A stretch of DNA of 64,000 nucleotides from Octopus vulgaris (GCA_951406725.2 OX597815.1:31062001-31126000); one strand, 5' to 3'; positions 1 to 12,801 are shown, counted from the stretch's first letter. The notes: generated from the letters alone by a model not told the origin. Program-made: numbers and translations.

Positions 1-811
1 ATATACATATGTCCCCTCTCTCTCTGGTTGAAATATTTTCCTCTCTGTTTTGTTTCCACCACAGTGGGTTAACGTCAAAGTTATGGGAAGATATTGAACG
101 TTATATCTCTTATTTATTTATTTCCCTTAGAATTATGTTATTGTGTTCATTTAAAATTTACTCGAGAAAATTATCCTCCTTCCGTCACAAGTTTGCGCAA
201 TAATCTTTATCTTAATATACAACTTCTGCGTCGTTCTTGAAGATCGGAAGCTATAACCTTCTCCACTACGATCAACCATAATACATCATCTGCTCTTCTT
301 CCTCGAAGCTGGTCCATTGCCATGTTTCTCCACGCTCTTAGATTCTATTCTGACTCTTACTTTTTCGCTCTCTCCATCCATGATACGTGTTATTAAATAA
401 GAATTATTCATAATACGCTCATAAAACCATAAAATTCTCTACAAAAACGCGACGCCTCACAGCGTCTGATGCCCTTTCAAGTTCACCACATATTTGTAAC
501 ATAACCAAGTCTGCGTCATAAAGGTTGAATTTCGAAACAATGCTTCAGCTCCGAAATAATGCCTACACTCTAAAAGAGAAAAATGTATACTGCATTAGTA
601 TAATGTGGGACGGTGGGGCTGTAATATACAGAAGCAATCCCTGGATCACATCTAGAAATATGTATCAAACGTCTTGTAGGAAAATATTTTAACCACAACA
701 GACCACAAACATTACCCCACGGTCTACTGAGAGAGAATATACGTGCTTGATCGACTTGCTAGTATTAGCAGCTAGATCTAGCTAAAAGCATAACCTTTTA
801 AATATAAGTTG

Positions 812-981
812 TTCGACGTTCTGAGTTCAAATTCCGCCGAGGTCGACTTTGCCTTTCATCCTTTCGGGGTCGATTAAATAAGTACCAGTTACGAACTGGG
901 GTCGATATAATCGACTTAATCCGTTTGCCTGTCCTTGTTTGTCCCCTCTGTGTTTAGCCCCTTGTGGGTAGTAAAGAAATA
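812..981 (+). mobile_element. SINE family A, 5'-truncated, tail X
   Basis: B-box GAGTTCAAATTCC, central block GCCTTTCATCCTTTCGGGGTCGAT..AAGTACCAG, tail ...GCCCCTTGTGGGTAGTAAAGAAATA; near-identical to copies at 16247, 36332 and 60725; followed by GGTAT. Confidence 0.9.
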
Positions 982-2111
982 GGTATCTGACAATTGCCAG
1001 CCTCGGGTATGTTGTTTTTTCCTACCTTGTCACTTCTGTTACAACTGTCCCCACCAGTCTTCGGAACAAAATTTTGTCAGACAAAAGAAAAACTGAAAAA
1101 TATTCAGAAGCTCGTATGTATAATGTGCTATAAGTGACGCTTGTCACCGACGCACGAATTCGCTTTATCTATTTGCGGTTTTGTGTTCTGGAAGTAAGCT
1201 CTAATGTTGCTGACGTTTTCATCCTTGTCTTTTTGAAATGCTGCGTCAGATGGTTAACAGAGACAAAGAATAAATATGTAGTGCTATCCACATATTTTAT
1301 TTATTACATGCATTCGTGAACAATAACTTTGATGGACGTTTTAACTGGAAGTGTATGTGTCTATGTATATGTGCGTACGCGCTAGAGCAGATGCGCATAT
1401 TTGTGTAACAGGACTATGAATAGTTCACTGCATATGCTTCTAGGAATTTGTAGATAAATTATATCTAAACAACAGAGATGGGATATTCATTCATACATAT
1501 ATACACACATACGCACAAACATATATGAGAATATTGGAGCATTTGGTTATGCAACTAACTCACTCGGTTATAAGGTAGATATCACCCACATCAAAGAAAC
1601 TGCTGGAAAATCTAATCTCGACAATATTTACCGATAAGATATGCTGTAATAGTCAAAGGACTAAACGATGCATTTCATAAAAAGGAAGACCTCCTAAAAA
1701 TCAAAATGTAAGAATAGAGAATAGTCTGCAGGGTATAATACACAATAAAATAAAAGAATACGGGATAACTGCTTTTGTCGACATCTCTGTAAAGTGTAAA
1801 CACAGCAGTCGTGATGTAATGAGCTGAGACAGAAAAGACAATATGCACAGTCATAATGTGCACGTTAAGAGAACATTAAACATTGAAGAAAAAGAAAACA
1901 TTTATAGCGATCTGAGGGAAAACCTGCTGGTACTGCCTCTGAAGTGTATGTGTAGATTCATAACAGTGGTTATTCATGTATTTGGTTATATAACTAACCA
2001 CCTCAGCACCGATTTCAGAAATTGAGCTTCACAAACCAAGAGAGGACTCAACTATTTAGAAGCTTACAATGAAGCCATTAATGGAAGAGTTAAAGGATGA
2101 GTTAAATTATA

Positions 2112-2330
2112 CGAGGCGGGTGCTGAAAAAAGTTCCTGGCTTCAGATAAAAGAAAACATAGGAAGATCAGTTAATTATGATTTTATTCAGCATATTCTCC
2201 TTTCAAATTCACACACTTATTGCAGCGGTCCTTCAGTTTTTCTAAGCATTGTAAAAGAGCTCGGAAGGCTGGATCTCCAGCCAGACCTTTCAAGACAGCC
2301 TTAAAGCCAGGATGTTTTCAGCATCCCCTC

Positions 2331-2331
<1 letters not shown>
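2112..2331. mobile_element. Mariner-type MITE, copy 1
   Basis: TA-flanked, imperfect TIRs CGAGGCGGGTGCTGAAAAAAGTTCCTGGCTT / AAGCCAGGATGTTTTCAGCATCCCCTCA. Confidence 0.8.
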
Positions 2332-2361
<30 letters not shown>

Positions 2362-2408
2362 TGTATGTATGTATGTATGTATGTATTATGTATGTATGTA
2401 TGTATGTA

Positions 2409-2624
2409 TGAGGGGTGCTGGAAATTCCTGGCTTTGAGTAAAAGAAAACACAGGAAGATCAGTTAATTATGATTTTATTCAACATATTCCCCCTCTCAGA
2501 TTCACACACTTATTGCAGCGGTCCTTCAGTTTTTCTAAGTCCTTTAAAAGAATTCAGAAGTTTGGGCCTCCAACCAGGCCTTTCGTGATACCTTTAAAAC
2601 TAAGAACTTTTAAGCACCCGTTCG
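2409..2624. mobile_element. Mariner-type MITE, copy 2 (same family, separated from copy 1 by (ATGT)n)
   Basis: Shares internal GAAGATCAGTTAATTATGATTTTATTC and CACACACTTATTGCAGCGGTCCTTCAGTTTTTCTAAG with copy 1; TA flanks. Confidence 0.8.
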
Positions 2625-2723
2625 TATCATTCATTCCAGAGAGTTAGCCTGGAACATGTACAGGAGATCAAAATGTGCAAATAAGCAAACGCCATGATTT
2701 CCAAAAGTCTGCAAATACATTCA

Positions 2724-3094
2724 TCTCTCTCTATATAAACGGCAGTTTGTCTGTGTGTCTGTTAGGTTGTACCCTCACCCTGACCACGGCTTTCAACCGA
2801 TTCTGATGAAACTTAAACACACATAGCCCAATGTCATAATTCAAAACTAACGCAGAGAAAATTTTGAAAAGTTCCCCCAGTTCTGAAAAAAATCTATAAA
2901 TTCGACATGGGGTCGAGAATCAGAAACACAAACCACAGACTGTCTAGGGGACGCAACTCGACCTTTTTAACTCTCAAAAAAAATTTACCATAATTTTTTT
3001 TCCATTTTTTTGCTATTTTTTGGCTATAACTCTCTAAAAATGCTTTATAGTTATTTCCCTTACAAACCCGAGCAACGCCGGGCGATACTGCTAG
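2724..3094 (+). mobile_element. Non-autonomous Helitron
   Basis: Inserted between A and T; 5' TC...TATATAA start; 3' hairpin CCCGAGCAACGCCGGG (3067-3082) followed by CTAG at 3091-3094. Confidence 0.85.
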
Positions 3095-3642
3095 TACAAA
3101 GATACAAGATGTATGAAAGCTGGGAGTACATTTCCAATAAGAACAGGAGCTCAGAGTAAACATTATAGGTGAGGTATTGTTATCTGGAACAGGGAGAAAA
3201 ATGTCATGCTCTATTTACGAGAACATCAGCCCATCAATAATCAATGTTTCCTCAAAATTTGGGAAGAGGTGAACATCTATGAATAACTAATGAGAAACTT
3301 ACAGCTCTAATATACAGCCTATAGATTTTCATATATACCTATTACCTTAGGTGTCCTGGACTAATATAATACTATAGCGGATTTGCATAAAAGCCTTCAA
3401 ATGTTGGAATTCGCCAAATAGAATCTATTAGTGTAGTGTTTTCATAGGAAGACGAAAGGCAACGCTTGAGTTTTATTCATGTCCCCTTCAACAGTTTATA
3501 TTGATTTTGGCTATGGACACAATACAATACCTTTGAAAAAACAGGATATGTAGAGCATCACGTTCATGAGCCCATCACCTCTTGTACAGATTCCCGTCAC
3601 TTAGTGAAATTATAAGTGAAATTATGTCCCAGTAATTATAGT

Positions 3643-3838
3643 TGGAGGCGACGAGCAGACAGAATGGTTAGCATGTCAGCATTTATTCAGGTGCTTTACG
3701 TTCTGGATTCAAAGCCCCACAGGTCAACTTTGCCTTTCATCTCTTCCAGATCGATAAAGTAAAGTACCAGTCAAATACTGGGGTCGATGTAATTTGACTT
3801 GTCTACTCCCCTAAAAATTGCAAGCATTGAGCCTTGCA
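3643..3838 (+). mobile_element. SINE family A, diverged, tail Y
   Basis: Degenerate head, central block GTCAACTTTGCCTTTCATC, CTGGGGTCGATGTAAT, tail CCCCTAAAAATTGC. Confidence 0.75.
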
Positions 3839-3984
3839 ATGAGCCGACGACCCGTTCAGAGAAACTGTTGCGACCCGGTCAGTTATACGACGTGGGAAAC
3901 GGTTTACTGGCTGTTTATGAGTGGTAGGGCTCGAGAAAAAGAAATTATATTTAGAGCAAAATATTTGATAGAATATTGATTTCA

Positions 3985-4183
3985 ATTTTTGATCCAAGGC
4001 CCGCAAGTTCGGGAAGAAAGAGTAAGTCGATTACACTGACCCCATGACTTGATTGGTGCTTATTTTATCGACCCGAAAAAATGAAAGTCAACCTCCGCAG
4101 AACTTGAAACCAGAACGTGGACGTACGAAATGCTGCTAAGCAGTTTGCCCGGCTGCTAACAATTCTGCCAGTTCGCCGCTTTT
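3985..4183 (-). mobile_element. SINE family A, diverged
   Basis: Reverse-complement match to head (GCGGCGAACTGGCAGAAT) and central block. Confidence 0.75.
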
Positions 4184-4204
4184 TCAGTTGACAGAATATT
4201 ATAT

Positions 4205-4507
4205 GTGGAGGCGCAATGACCCAGTGGTTAGAGCAGCGGACTCGCGGTTGTAGGATCGCCGTTTCGATTCCCAGACCGGGCGTTGTGTTTATTGAGCGAA
4301 ATCACCTAAAGCTCCACGAGTCTCCGGCAGGGGGTGGTGGCGATCCCTGCTGTACTCTTTCGCCACAACTTTCTCTCACTCTTTCTTCTGTTGGCCTGCT
4401 CGCTTAGCCAGCGAGATGGCGTCATTTGAAGGCTAAAACAATGCGAAGCGCATTGTGTCCAGCGATGTGTAAAAACATCTGATAGCCTGGTCGGAAGAAG
4501 AGAAAAA
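4205..4507 (+). mobile_element. tRNA-derived SINE family C
   Basis: A-box TGACCCAGTGG, B-box GTTTCGATTCC, A-rich end, 12-bp target-site duplication AGAATATTATAT (4193-4204 / 4508-4519). Confidence 0.85.
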
Positions 4508-5222
4508 AGAATATTATATAAATATTTAATCTCTACAAATTTTCAATTTTCTCTGATTAATCTTACGAATACCTCCTTATGAATTCTCTCTCATTATTTA
4601 ATTTCTTAACTTTCAACGTCTAGGCCACTTTGACATCACTTCAACCCAAAATTCAGTCAATGCAAAGAAAAGAAACAGTGTTACGTAATTTTCTTATCTG
4701 CTGCCATATGGTAAAAGAGAGCATTTAATTATTTTAGCAGTAGCAACTATTTCTGGAATAAATGTATAAGCTAGGTTATTATACAACTGATGTCTGTACA
4801 GTTTATTTTGCTGAGAATGTTAATGATGTTGGTCATCTGTTGAAGTGAAAGTAAATGAACTATTGTTGTTGTAAGTTAATTTCAATATAGACTCGGGGCA
4901 TATAGAGTCCTTTGAGCGTGTTTTAAAGAAGTTTCTTTTAGTTGATTCGTTTACTGTTGCTGTTGTTTTTGCTGTTCTTGTCGTTGGTGATGTGTAATTG
5001 TTACAGAACTATGATAATAGAGTTTCCAGACGTGACTAGCCCATCTTATTTGATAGGTTGTGATTCGAGAGAGATTTAGTTACTATTGCTAGGAGCATAT
5101 CCTTGTGCCTACAGACTGTTTCCTTGTTTTTGTTGTTGATGCAATGATTTCTCGTAAAAATACTTCAATGGAGCTGGTAGCTTATTTTCTGCATTAATAT
5201 GAATCCATGAAACTTTTAAAAA

Positions 5223-5245
5223 TCTATATATATATAAAGCTGAAG

Positions 5246-5291
<46 letters not shown>

Positions 5292-5636
5292 CAGGTTTGG
5301 TAGCCTTCAACTAACACTATCTTCTCCGAGACCCTGCGGCGCAAGTTGACCAAAACTGAGAGTATGATAGAAGAAGGCTTGCTCTTCATTCCGTAGAAGA
5401 AACAATTCAAATCGAACCATGTTAAGACCCAAAATTATTTACATAAAAAAAGTGCTGTTTTTCTATGAAAGTCCCTATTTTTTACGAATTTTGTCGCCAT
5501 TTTTCAGTGTATTTCAACCAGAAAAATGTTCTCTTAAAGAGAATAACAAGCTACATAATACAAAATTTTTACTTTTCAAAAATTCCAATTCTAAAGAGTC
5601 GTAAAGAAAACAAACCCGAGCACTGTATACTGCTAG
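5223..5636 (+). mobile_element. Non-autonomous Helitron (second family, 3' hairpin partly deleted)
   Basis: A|TCTATATATATATAAAG start; end CAAACCCGAGCA...ATACTGCTAG|T matches the 3' end of the 2724-3094 Helitron. Confidence 0.7.
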
Positions 5637-5656
5637 TTTATAAATAAATACCATTA

Positions 5657-5900
5657 GGGTGGCGAGCTGGCAGAATCCTTACCCCGCTGGACATAATAGG
5701 CTGCACATAATAGGCTTTCATTATGAGTTTTACATTATACTTTTAGGCCCTGAGTTCAAATGCAGCCGAGATCGACTTTGCCATTCGTGTTTTCGGAGTC
5801 GATAAAATAAGAACCAGTTTAGCATTGTAGTTAATGTAATTGAATAACCCCTTCCCCTTAAATTTCAAGCCTTAGTACCTACAGCAGAAAGGATTATTAT
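5657..5900 (+). mobile_element. SINE family A, tail Y, head interrupted by templated insertion
   Basis: Head GGCGAGCTGGCAGAATC, B-box GAGTTCAAAT, tail CCCTTAAATTTCAAGCCTT...GAAAGGATTATT. Confidence 0.8.
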
Positions 5901-6817
5901 TATCATCTTCTTTACTTCCGTCGTTATTTTTTATAATTCATTTCTTTCGTGTGATTTTCAAATACCACCCGGCACAACTTCGTCCGTCATCACTCCTGGA
6001 TTTGAAAGTACCTGTCGTACATAATGAGTCAATGCAATCTACTTCTGTCCCCCTTATCACTGGGGAACAATGTAATCGACATCCTCCACCTCTCGAAATT
6101 GCTGGCCTTGTGCCAAAATTAGAAAAAATTAAGAGAAGCCATCGATAAATAAAGTACTATATTTGCTGAATTTGCTTGCAAGATAACAATTTTTTGTTTC
6201 TTCTAGTCTAGTATCACTGGTCCTTTGTTTTAAAGGAGAACAATATGGAACTTTTTGGCATTCATGACTTTCTCGAAGTATGAGCGAATTTGACGTGAAA
6301 CCTCTTTCAGAAATTGAAAAAGCTTTTCTATAGCGGGAGCTTATATCTTGTTTTAAGGGTCTCACCACTTTATTTGGCTATAATTACTATTACATACGTC
6401 AAAAATGCTTTATGATGCATAACATAAATAGCTTATTAGCACAATTTTATGTAAACATATATTTTGGTTGTGTTTTCTAACATGGTATACTGTGAACGCC
6501 ACTTAGGTAATGGAATTTCTGGTTAATATCTCAAGTATAATGTAAAACTCATAATGAAAGCCTATTATGTGCATAACTTTGAGCAGTAATGTATTTCACA
6601 AACGTCTTTTGGGTGGAATTATAGTCTAGTGAATATGAGCGATGGTTTGACATTAAAACATTGGCTTTCGATTCATGGGCAATATTTTTGTTGCGGATGT
6701 GTTATGAATATAGCGAGGTATCAAGTGTCTCACACACACACGCATGTGCGCACATATACATACATACATGCAAACATGCTTGCATACATACATACATACA
6801 TACACACATACATATTC

Positions 6818-7025
6818 TTTTATTCTTTTTCTTGTTTCAGTCATTTTACTGCGACCATGCTGGGGCACCATCTTGAAGGGATTTAATGGAACAAATCGAC
6901 CCTAGAACATATTTCTTAAGTCTAGTATTATTCTATCGGTCTCTTTTGCAGAACCGCTAGCTTATGGGAACATAAACACACCAGCACTGGTTGGCAAACA
7001 GTGACGGAGGGACAAACACATAGAT
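6818..7025 (-). mobile_element. SINE family B, 3' half
   Basis: Matches B tail (GCGGTTC..AAAAGAGACCGATAGAATAA...CCAGCATGGTCGCAGT..ATGACTGAAACAAG) on the minus strand. Confidence 0.8.
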
Positions 7026-7100
7026 CCATTCCTCCGCAAACACACACACACACATACGATCTCGCATTCGCGAGTGCAACTTAAACGCTGAGCCATGCGT

Positions 7101-7141
<41 letters not shown>

Positions 7142-7239
7142 CATACATACATACATACATACATACATACATACATACATACATACGTATCTATGTGTGT
7201 ATGTATGTATGTATGTATGTATGTATGTATGTATGTATG

Positions 7240-7271
<32 letters not shown>

Positions 7272-8247
7272 CGTGAATGTATATCATCAACGAATTGTAA
7301 GGATGCTCCAGTGGCTCGAGTCTTCGTATCAGCAGTTCAGACATTTGGTTTTCTTTGACATGTGTAACATATTTGGCAAAGAAGTTTCAAATTTCTTTTG
7401 ATGTCTTTCTGTTTTCATTCGAATCAAAATACCATATCTCATGCTTATAAACCTGACCACAATTTCTACACATCTCTCACAAAGATATCAAGAGAAAAAA
7501 GTTGGAGATTAAATCTTACAAAGTCACAGAATAATCACGAAACCAAAGAAGAATCACGAAAATGTCAAAAATTATATAAATATAATTACAAAGGTATAGT
7601 ATCTAATTGAAGTAGCCGTTACTTTGACAGCACTAGTATATTGGTTGATAAATAATTCAAAGTGCTATATACACATTCTGTTGCTTCTCACTGTTTAGGA
7701 AGTATGAAAAGGAAAAAAAAAAAGTCAAAGTTACTCAATGTTAATTGAATCACACATCTCCCAGACAGTCTCCGAGAGTATATATCACGTTGCGACAAGC
7801 AATTTCTTTTTGTTTCGGATGTTTTTGCTCGTAAACTTTATATAGATATTAATATCAGATTTGTACACAAACAATGAAAGTTTAGATTACCCGGTACATT
7901 CCATACTCTTCTGCGTACAACTTGAAAAAATTCTATTGTGTCATGTTTGTTAAACAATTCATATATATATATGTATATAATTTTGATGTATCAGTTTGTT
8001 TCATTGTTATTTACCTCAAGAGCGGCTTCTTTGCTCTGCAATTCCATCAAAGCTCAGTTGAGTTGGTACTTGCCTTTCATCTTATCATTGAATATAAAAA
8101 CTTAACAGACAATGGGAGATGGGGTGCAGGTAAGAAAAAATGAAATATGAGAACACCTGAATGGATGTGAGCAGTCTCTGGATATTCACTAACCAGGGTA
8201 TGAGATTTCAATAATTTATCAACGAGTGTTGAAATCTCGCGTATTAA

Positions 8248-8787
8248 GAAGAAGAAGGGGAGGAGGAGGGGGGAAGGGGAAGAGAAGGAGATACGATGAA
8301 CGGAAGGAGGTGAAGGAAGGGAGATCGAGGAGGAGGACGAGGAAGAGGAGAAGGAGAAGATGGGGAGGAGGAGGAGTTACAAAGAAGGGGAGGAAAGGAG
8401 TTCGGGGACGAGGAAGAGGAGAGGGAGAAGAAGAAGAAGAAGAAGAAGAAGAAGAAGAAGAAGAAAAAGAAGGAGGAGGACAAGAGACGAAGAAGGGGAA
8501 GGATGGGAGGTGGAGGAAGGGAGAGGGAGGAGGAGGGCGAGGAAGAAGAAGAAGAAGAAGAAGAAGAAGGAGGTGAAGAAGAAGAAGAAGAAGAAGAAGA
8601 AGAAAAAGGAGAAGAAGAAGGAGAAGAAGAAGAAGAAGAAGAAGAAGAAAAAGGAGAAGAAAAAGGAGAAGGAGAAGGAGGAGAACAAGAAGAAGAAGAA
8701 GAAGAAGAAGAAGAAGAAGAAGAAGAAGAAGAAGAAGAAGAAGAAGAAGAAGAAGAAGAAGAAGAAGAAGAAGAAGAAGAAGAAGAT
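8248..8787. repeat. Polypurine (GAA/GGA)n low-complexity tract
   Basis: About 540 bp, almost purely purine on +, with long perfect (GAA)n runs. Confidence 0.95.
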
Positions 8788-8885
8788 AGACTGTGAAGAA
8801 TAATGGCTTTTGATTTGGGCAAAAGGCCAGTAATTTGAGGAAAGAGATGAGCTGAAAACATTCTGCCCAGTATTTGATTAGTACA

Positions 8886-9560
8886 GTTCAGAAGGACTTT
8901 CGGGTCGCGGCCAGGTGTACTTTGCTGAAGAACCTAGCCTGGCACTGCTACCAGGGAAAGGGAGCTGCATAGTCGGTTCGGGTTAAAATCTAGGGGCACG
9001 CAAATATCATCTGCTGGGCCTGACCAAAACGCGTGCAGAGCAACAAAATTATTCTGCTCGCTCTTCTCTTGTGTCCTAGCATTAGTGACTCGTGGTTTAA
9101 TGTTGGACATCTACTATGGCTTGTAAGACAGATTCGATTCTCGGCTGAGTCCATTGTGAAGATCGTTCATCCCCACTTTCTTTTAAGCTGTGAGGACAGG
9201 CAAACATCCTTTATCTCGTGGCTTTTTGTAATGAAGTAAACTGAAGGTGGAGAGGTACAAATTTACAGCACAATTTTTTGGGAGATGGATGAGAATGACA
9301 AGGAATAGGTTTACTGTGAGTATGAGGAAAGATAATAGGGAGTGGGCGTTTGTCCTAGTGGTTAATGGGACTGTGGTTTTGTGGGGTATCCACTAGAAGT
9401 CCTCAGGTCTTAGTATTTAGAGGAATTATTTCTTGTTTGAATCTTCGTTTCTTTCTTTCTCCTATTTTCCTATTTACACGCTTTTATATAACACCACAAG
9501 GTATCGTCATATACGATCCCCAACCATTTTTATGAACCTTTAGTGGTTAATAAAGAAAAT
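8886..9560 (+). mobile_element. Tx1-clade LINE 3' fragment (decayed ORF2 C-terminus and 3' UTR)
   Basis: Frame-broken peptide LAWHCYQG...QSNKIILLALLLCPSISDSW...IRFSAESIVKI resembles the Tx1/L1 C-terminal zinc-knuckle region; ends CCTTTAGTGGTTAATAAAGAAAAT. Confidence 0.65.
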
Positions 9561-9620
9561 ATCATCATCAACATCATTATTATTATTGTTATTATTATCA
9601 TTAATATTATTATTATTATT

Positions 9621-10973
9621 ACTACCGCCGCCTTAGCGAAGGCGGGGGAATTGTTTCAGCCGTATTTGTTTGTTTGTTTGACCGTGGACACGGTATCTCA
9701 AGAACCGCTTGGTGGATTCGGATGAAACTTTGAGGGATGTTTAACCTCGTGACTGGCATGAACCGATTAGATTTTGGAATCGATCCGGTACTGAACAAAG
9801 ATTCTGGATATTTGTTATACTCTTTTCCTTGTTTCAGTCAGTTGACTGCGGCCATGCTGGAGCACCGCCTTTAGTCGAGCAACTCGACCCCGGGACTTAT
9901 TCTTTGTAAGCCCAGTACTTATTCTATCAGTCTCTTTTGCCGAACCGCTAAGTGACGGGGACATAAACACACCAGCATCGGTTGTCAAACAATGCTAGGG
10001 GGACAAATACAGACACACAAACATACACGCGCACACATAAATATATATATATATACATATATGCGACGGGCTTCTTTCAGTTTCCGTCGACCAAATCCAC
10101 TCACAAGGCATTGGTCGGCCCGAGGCTATAGCAGAAGATACTTGCCCAAGGTGCCACGCTTTACGATCATACGTTCACTTTTAAGTCTTTCTCTGATTAC
10201 CTACCTTGAAAGCACGCTCGTGGTTTCCACGTAAGTTATGGCGGCGTTGCTGTTTCCGAAGATTTATTTTCGTTTCTCTGTTATTAATTTTACTCGCTTT
10301 TCTATCTTGGCAGAAACTGATGGATAAAGAAATCAAACTACATAAACATATAAACAGCAAAACCGTTCAGAAATTAAATAACACTAACATATTCAGTAAC
10401 AATAATAAATCTAACATATCCTCGATAATTTTTAGTTTTACCAATTTTCAGTATATTGTTCCTGTTTAAAACCTCTTACCTACTTGACAATGGCATTCCT
10501 AGCTCTTCGTAGAAGGAAGCGTCACTTCTTGGACTCACGTTTTTGTGCGCAACGATGTTGTTGAACCTCCCTTGACAGCAGGTCCTTCCCGTTTTCTTTC
10601 GCGCACGGCTAATTTTTCACTATAGACCTTAATGGTCGTGAAGACTAAAAAGGGGCCTTCATAGAGAAAACCGTCCCTGTTCTCACTACAAACGACACAC
10701 ACACAGCATTACAAACACGAACCGACACGCATCTTCACATTCCATGACTACCATTGAGATCGATCAGGGACCGGAAAGGATTCTGCGTTATTTATTTTTC
10801 CGGTCTTTTTGCTTAATGTTTGAGAGAGATCCGGTTCATGTTTAGTATTCTTGCTTGTGAGGGCAGTCGAGTTTACTTCAGATATTCTCGTTTTAAAAAT
10901 CACCTCCGGCTAATCGTTGAGAGGATTTTGGTGTTGCCTTGGCGGAGGTTTGCGCTCTATGAGTACTCTTGTT
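9621..10973 (+). mobile_element. Helentron-associated element (HINE/DINE-1-like) split by nested sequence
   Basis: 5' subTIR ACCGCCGCC with hairpin CCGCCTT-AGCG-AAGGCGG, (TTTG)n and GATGAAACTT core; 3' CCTTGGCGGAGGT plus stem-loop GCGCTC-TAT-GAGTAC; T-rich flanks. Confidence 0.75.
9815..10160 (-). mobile_element. SINE family B (CORE-like), nested in the HINE
   Basis: CACCTTGGGCAAGT CORE-like block, GAAGCCCGTCG, internal TA/TG repeat, B tail. Confidence 0.85.
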
Positions 10974-10974
10974 G

Positions 10975-11240
<266 letters not shown>

Positions 11241-11545
11241 GAGTAAGAGAGCAGCGCATGTCATCAAAGTGACACTGGAGTACAATTATACGAAGCTCAA
11301 TATACCCATCATGACTACCCATCTGATAGGAGTACACAACCACGTGTGCGCGACATACATGTTGTTCTTATATCTAGATAAACAGCACATGATCTTGCAG
11401 GTGGGGCCCAGTTAGAATTTTCTTCAGGTTTAGTAGCCCATCCAGCTCAAAAGGTACCTGAATAAGGTTTGTTTAAGGATGATGAACAAAACACCCATGT
11501 TTCCAGAGGTGAATTATTCAAACCCCAAGATGGCTATGATGCTGC
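11241..11545 (-). mobile_element. (TAA)n-associated interspersed element, partial copy
   Basis: Clear homolog of 46871-47424; abuts an (ATT)n tract at the same end. Confidence 0.8.
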
Positions 11546-11689
11546 AAGTTGACAAAATCTTTAATATGTTAGGCGAACTATTGGTTTTTCCTCCATCTTC
11601 AGGTTCTAAGTTCAATTTTTGCCGAGGTCGACTTTGCCTTTCATCCTTTTGGGGTCATATTCACAAATAACCAGAAGCATTTTTTTAAG

Positions 11690-12330
11690 AGCTTAGGAGG
11701 GGATACAAAAGATAATATACCTCCTGAAGCAGAGGAATCTCGCCAATTTTGGAATAACATCGGGTGGCAAGAGGCTTCCCACACCCACTTTGCTGGGTGG
11801 ATTCATTCCGTGAGATCCTAACCCCATCACCCTGAGGTTCCACGACAGGATCATGTACGCATAACAACGGAATATGTAATAACACAGGTATCAAAACTGC
11901 CAAACTAGAAAGCAGCAGGACCAGACGGAATCCAAGGCTACTGGCTCAAATGGCTTACGTCAACACACAAACGGTACCAAAAAAAATTGTGCTTTAATAA
12001 GACATTAATAAGGCTTACAAGATTTTGCCGAATTCGTGGATTCTGGAACTAGACATGTGTGGAGTTGCTGAGAACGTGTGTGCACTGATTAAGAACAGAA
12101 TGCCTAGTTGGAAAACTCATCTTTTCTCTAACAACCAGCACTTAGCCGAGCTAACAATCAAAGTGGGAATCTTCCAGGGAGATTTTTTTTCACCTTTATT
12201 TGTTATTGCCTTGATCCCACTTTCTGTAGGTCTACGTTGAGTCAACGCGCATTAAGGGCTGAGAAAGTATAGACGACGTCTCAACCACCTTCTCTTCATG
12301 GGTGATTCAAAACTGTTCGAAAATGGAGAA
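11690..12330 (+). pseudogene. R4/Dong-like LINE reverse transcriptase fragment
   Basis: Motifs KAAGPDGIQGYWLKWL, GIFQGDFFSPLFVIALIPLS and LNHLLFMGDSKLF, with stops and frameshifts. Confidence 0.8.
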
Positions 12331-12720
12331 AATTTTTGAAACTTCAATGAAGATATAGAGTGATACACAAGTACTCAAATATGAGTGCATTGCATCTAAC
12401 AGCAGAAACAGCTGTAAGCTAATAAAGTTCTTGACATATGTTTTTTATTCCTTCCTCATTTCTAATATATATGTGATATATATATAGAGTGGGGTGAATA
12501 TATGCAAGTGTCTATGTATGTATTATGATTTCGCTCAGGTAGAGCGATATGAATAACGAGATATTAGAAAAAATATATACTTAGTGCAGAGCGTTAGTCG
12601 ATCACAGACCACTATACTAATTGGCTTTGAGGAAGTGCAGAGCTTCTCCAAGCAGTAGCAGCTGTAAGCTAATGAATGTGATTGCGCAACTCCATTTTTT
12701 TTCTTTTAATTCCTTAATTA

Positions 12721-12801
<81 letters not shown>

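Noticed and set aside
2802-2813. CTGATGAAAC as a hammerhead core
   Set aside because: No stem II between CUGAUGA and GAAA; it is the common Helitron/HINE internal motif, also seen at about 9721
4207-4280. tRNA gene
   Set aside because: A/B boxes are present but there is no proper acceptor stem, and the sequence continues into a SINE body with a TSD
8226-8861. Long ORFs (poly-K/E/S/F)
   Set aside because: Translations of a (GAA)n tract, open in several frames; no coding evidence
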